Source: Chloropicon primus (taxonomy: Eukaryota). Taken from it: a stretch of DNA of 64,000 bases. The stretch is taken from contig CP060763.1 of NCBI GenBank assembly GCA_023205875.1, positions 62,001 through 126,000 of the forward strand, read 5' to 3'. The position numbers were made by a program, and so were the translations under genes. The notes under the pieces are model-generated. The model saw only the letters and a program-made list of their open reading frames with translations. It was not told the origin of the DNA and searched no databases. Position 1 is the first letter of the stretch. The number at the start of each line of letters is the position of its first letter. Shown here piece by piece: positions 62,285 to 64,000 of this stretch.

Positions 62285-62803
62285 CAGGACTCTCTCTCTC
62301 TCTCTCTCTCTCTCGAACGTTGTTTTGGATGCCACGCGCACGCACGACCTCAAGCGAGGTATCGATGGAAAGATCTCGAAGAGCTCTGGATGAAGCACGG
62401 TTCCGTCCCCTCGGAGCTCCTCGGACCCGCCTGCTCTGTCCCCGAAAACATGGGTTGCGAGCCAAAAAAAATAAAAAAGAGAAAGAAAGAAAGAAAGAAT
62501 CAGTCCTGGATTCCTCCCCAGCGCTCCAATCCTTTCGAGCGACGGCTTGAAAGAAAGAGCAAGAGATGAGGAACACAGCCTGCTCGCCTTCCTCGTCTCC
62601 ACCCTCCCTCCCCACCCTCCCCACCGCCTCAAACCCACCTGTCTCTTGTGGTCGATCACAGGGATAAGGCGCCTTATCCTCAAATCTCTCTCTCTCTCTC
62701 TCTTGAAATTTACTCACGAATTCGAAAGTAGAGGCCGTCTCAAAAAGTAACGGCTGAAAACTGAAACCGTCGAGGCAGGCGTTACGAGAAAGAAGGCTTG
62801 ACC

Positions 62804-62892
62804 ATGACGACGATCATCGACATCAGCGGGGTGAACAATGGTGCGTGGTGAGGACGAGAGTGTTGCCCAAGCCGATGCCGATGCCGATGCTG

Positions 62893-62928
<36 letters not shown>

Positions 62929-63526
62929 GAGATGGAGATGGAGATGGAGATGAAGGTTTCTCCTGAGGACGCTCTCGCTCTCCGGGAAAGCGGTTGCTAC
63001 CCCTCGGCCTCGGCTGCGTGTGGCCTGACCTGACCCTTGGCCTGACGCGTGACTGGCTTCGCTGTTCTTCATCTTCATCTCTCCTCCCATCTCTTTTTTG
63101 TTTGTTTGTTTGTTTGTTTGTTTGTTTGTTTGGTGTGTTTGGACAAAGTTTGCCAAAACTTGTTGACGTACGGTGAGTTGGGTCCTCTCCCTCGACGAGG
63201 CACGCAAACTGACCGCCCGTTCTCTCCTCTCCTCCTCCTCCTCCACTCCTCCTCCATCTTCTTCTTCTTCTTCTCTTCACCCGGTGGGTGGCAAAGACCT
63301 GCACGGCGGCGAGAGGATCAGCGCGCTGCAGACGGACTACGCGGACCAGGACAGGGACACTTACAAGGCCAAGGCTTCGAACATCGCACCGAGGCCAAAG
63401 GGCTGGAAGCCCACCAAGTCCAACACCCAGATGCCTCCCGTCCAGGGCAAGGGGTCGGATGAGGTGCCCGAGGCAAAGACCAGGAGAGGCCCAAAGTACT
63501 ATGGAAAGTTGAGCAAAATCTTGTAG
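62804..63526 (+). CDS. Small hypothetical basic protein; proposed exons 62804-62840, 63149-63172 and 63297-63526, ~96 aa
   Basis: Two phase-1 GT-AG introns give the continuous frame MTTIIDISGVNN-VCQNLLTY-DLHGGERIS...LSKIL*. The last exon has host-like GC3. Confidence 0.5.
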
Positions 63527-63601
63527 AGCGAGCGGACGCTCCCGGAAAGCAAAGCTGTAAAACCCGAACACTCTGCATCAACAAAAACAACGACATTCTT
63601 T

Positions 63602-63871
63602 TTAAGGTTTCGCTTTCTTGCTCTTCGCCACTCCGGCCGCGGCGTCCAACTCCCTGAGGTCGCTCGAGCTGAGTTTCTTTGCGTCCGTGTTCTGGCGGGT
63701 GGCGCCAACCAGATTGACGGAGATGACGACGAGGGGCTCGTACCCCAAGGTCGCCCTCTCGTCGTTGATGGCCGTGGCTCCAGACACGGTCTCCCTGGAC
63801 ACGACAATGCCGTCCATGCTCTCGCTGGTGATGGCGAGGGGCTTGCCCGCGTTCAACTCACCGCTGTCGAC
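63602..63871 (-). CDS. Phosphopantetheine adenylyltransferase (eukaryotic PPAT), last exon only
   Basis: MDGIVVSRETVSGATAINDERATLGYEPL..KKLSSSDLR matches the IVVSxET..N..R..GL..KxSS..LR pattern. GCAG acceptor at 63872. Confidence 0.82.
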   Translation of the reverse strand, partial: VDSGELNAGKPLAITSESMDGIVVSRETVSGATAINDERATLGYEPLVVISVNLVGATRQNTDAKKLSSSDLRELDAAAGVAKSKKAKP

Positions 63872-63897
63872 CTGCACGCGGCGGACGGAAGGGTCAG

Positions 63898-63938
<41 letters not shown>

Positions 63939-64000
63939 GGAGGGAGGAAGAGCGAGTCAGTTTTGTGGCGGCCAGCCAACCAAAAAAATCTTCTCCGAGA

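Noticed and set aside
1..64000. tRNA/rRNA genes, transposase or reverse-transcriptase ORFs, introner-like repeated introns
   Set aside because: None recognisable by eye, and the introns do not share sequence. tRNAscan-SE or Rfam searches would be needed to exclude small RNAs.

Overview
A gene-dense window from a compact eukaryotic nuclear genome: GC-rich coding sequence, short GT-AG introns and microsatellite-rich spacers. A PsbP-domain lumen protein and TTTTAGG-like telomere units suggest a picoplanktonic green alga, possibly Chloropicon-like; that assignment is inference. One intronless ~34.7 kb gene dominates (14623-49361). It encodes a putative secreted Gly/Ser/Asp-rich protein of ~11,578 aa built from hierarchical 447-bp repeats, with a single Cys-rich insert and a fibre-tip-like C-terminal domain, and it is split by two single-base insertions. 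Flanking genes include selenoprotein T (CxxU with a SECIS), BET5/TRAPPC1, a DUF179/YqgE protein, an SMP-C2-PH synaptotagmin-like protein, a PDI (Trx+ERp29c), an NYN/PIN RNase, NIPA/ZC3HC1, an ankyrin protein, kinesin-14, PPD6 and a partial PPAT. Non-coding highlights are four unrelated tandem arrays with nucleosome-sized periods (161-182 bp) in upstream regions, a duplicated ~255-bp upstream block and recurrent TTTCGAAA palindromes. There is also a pair of small secreted paralogues whose shared motif is completed only after splicing.
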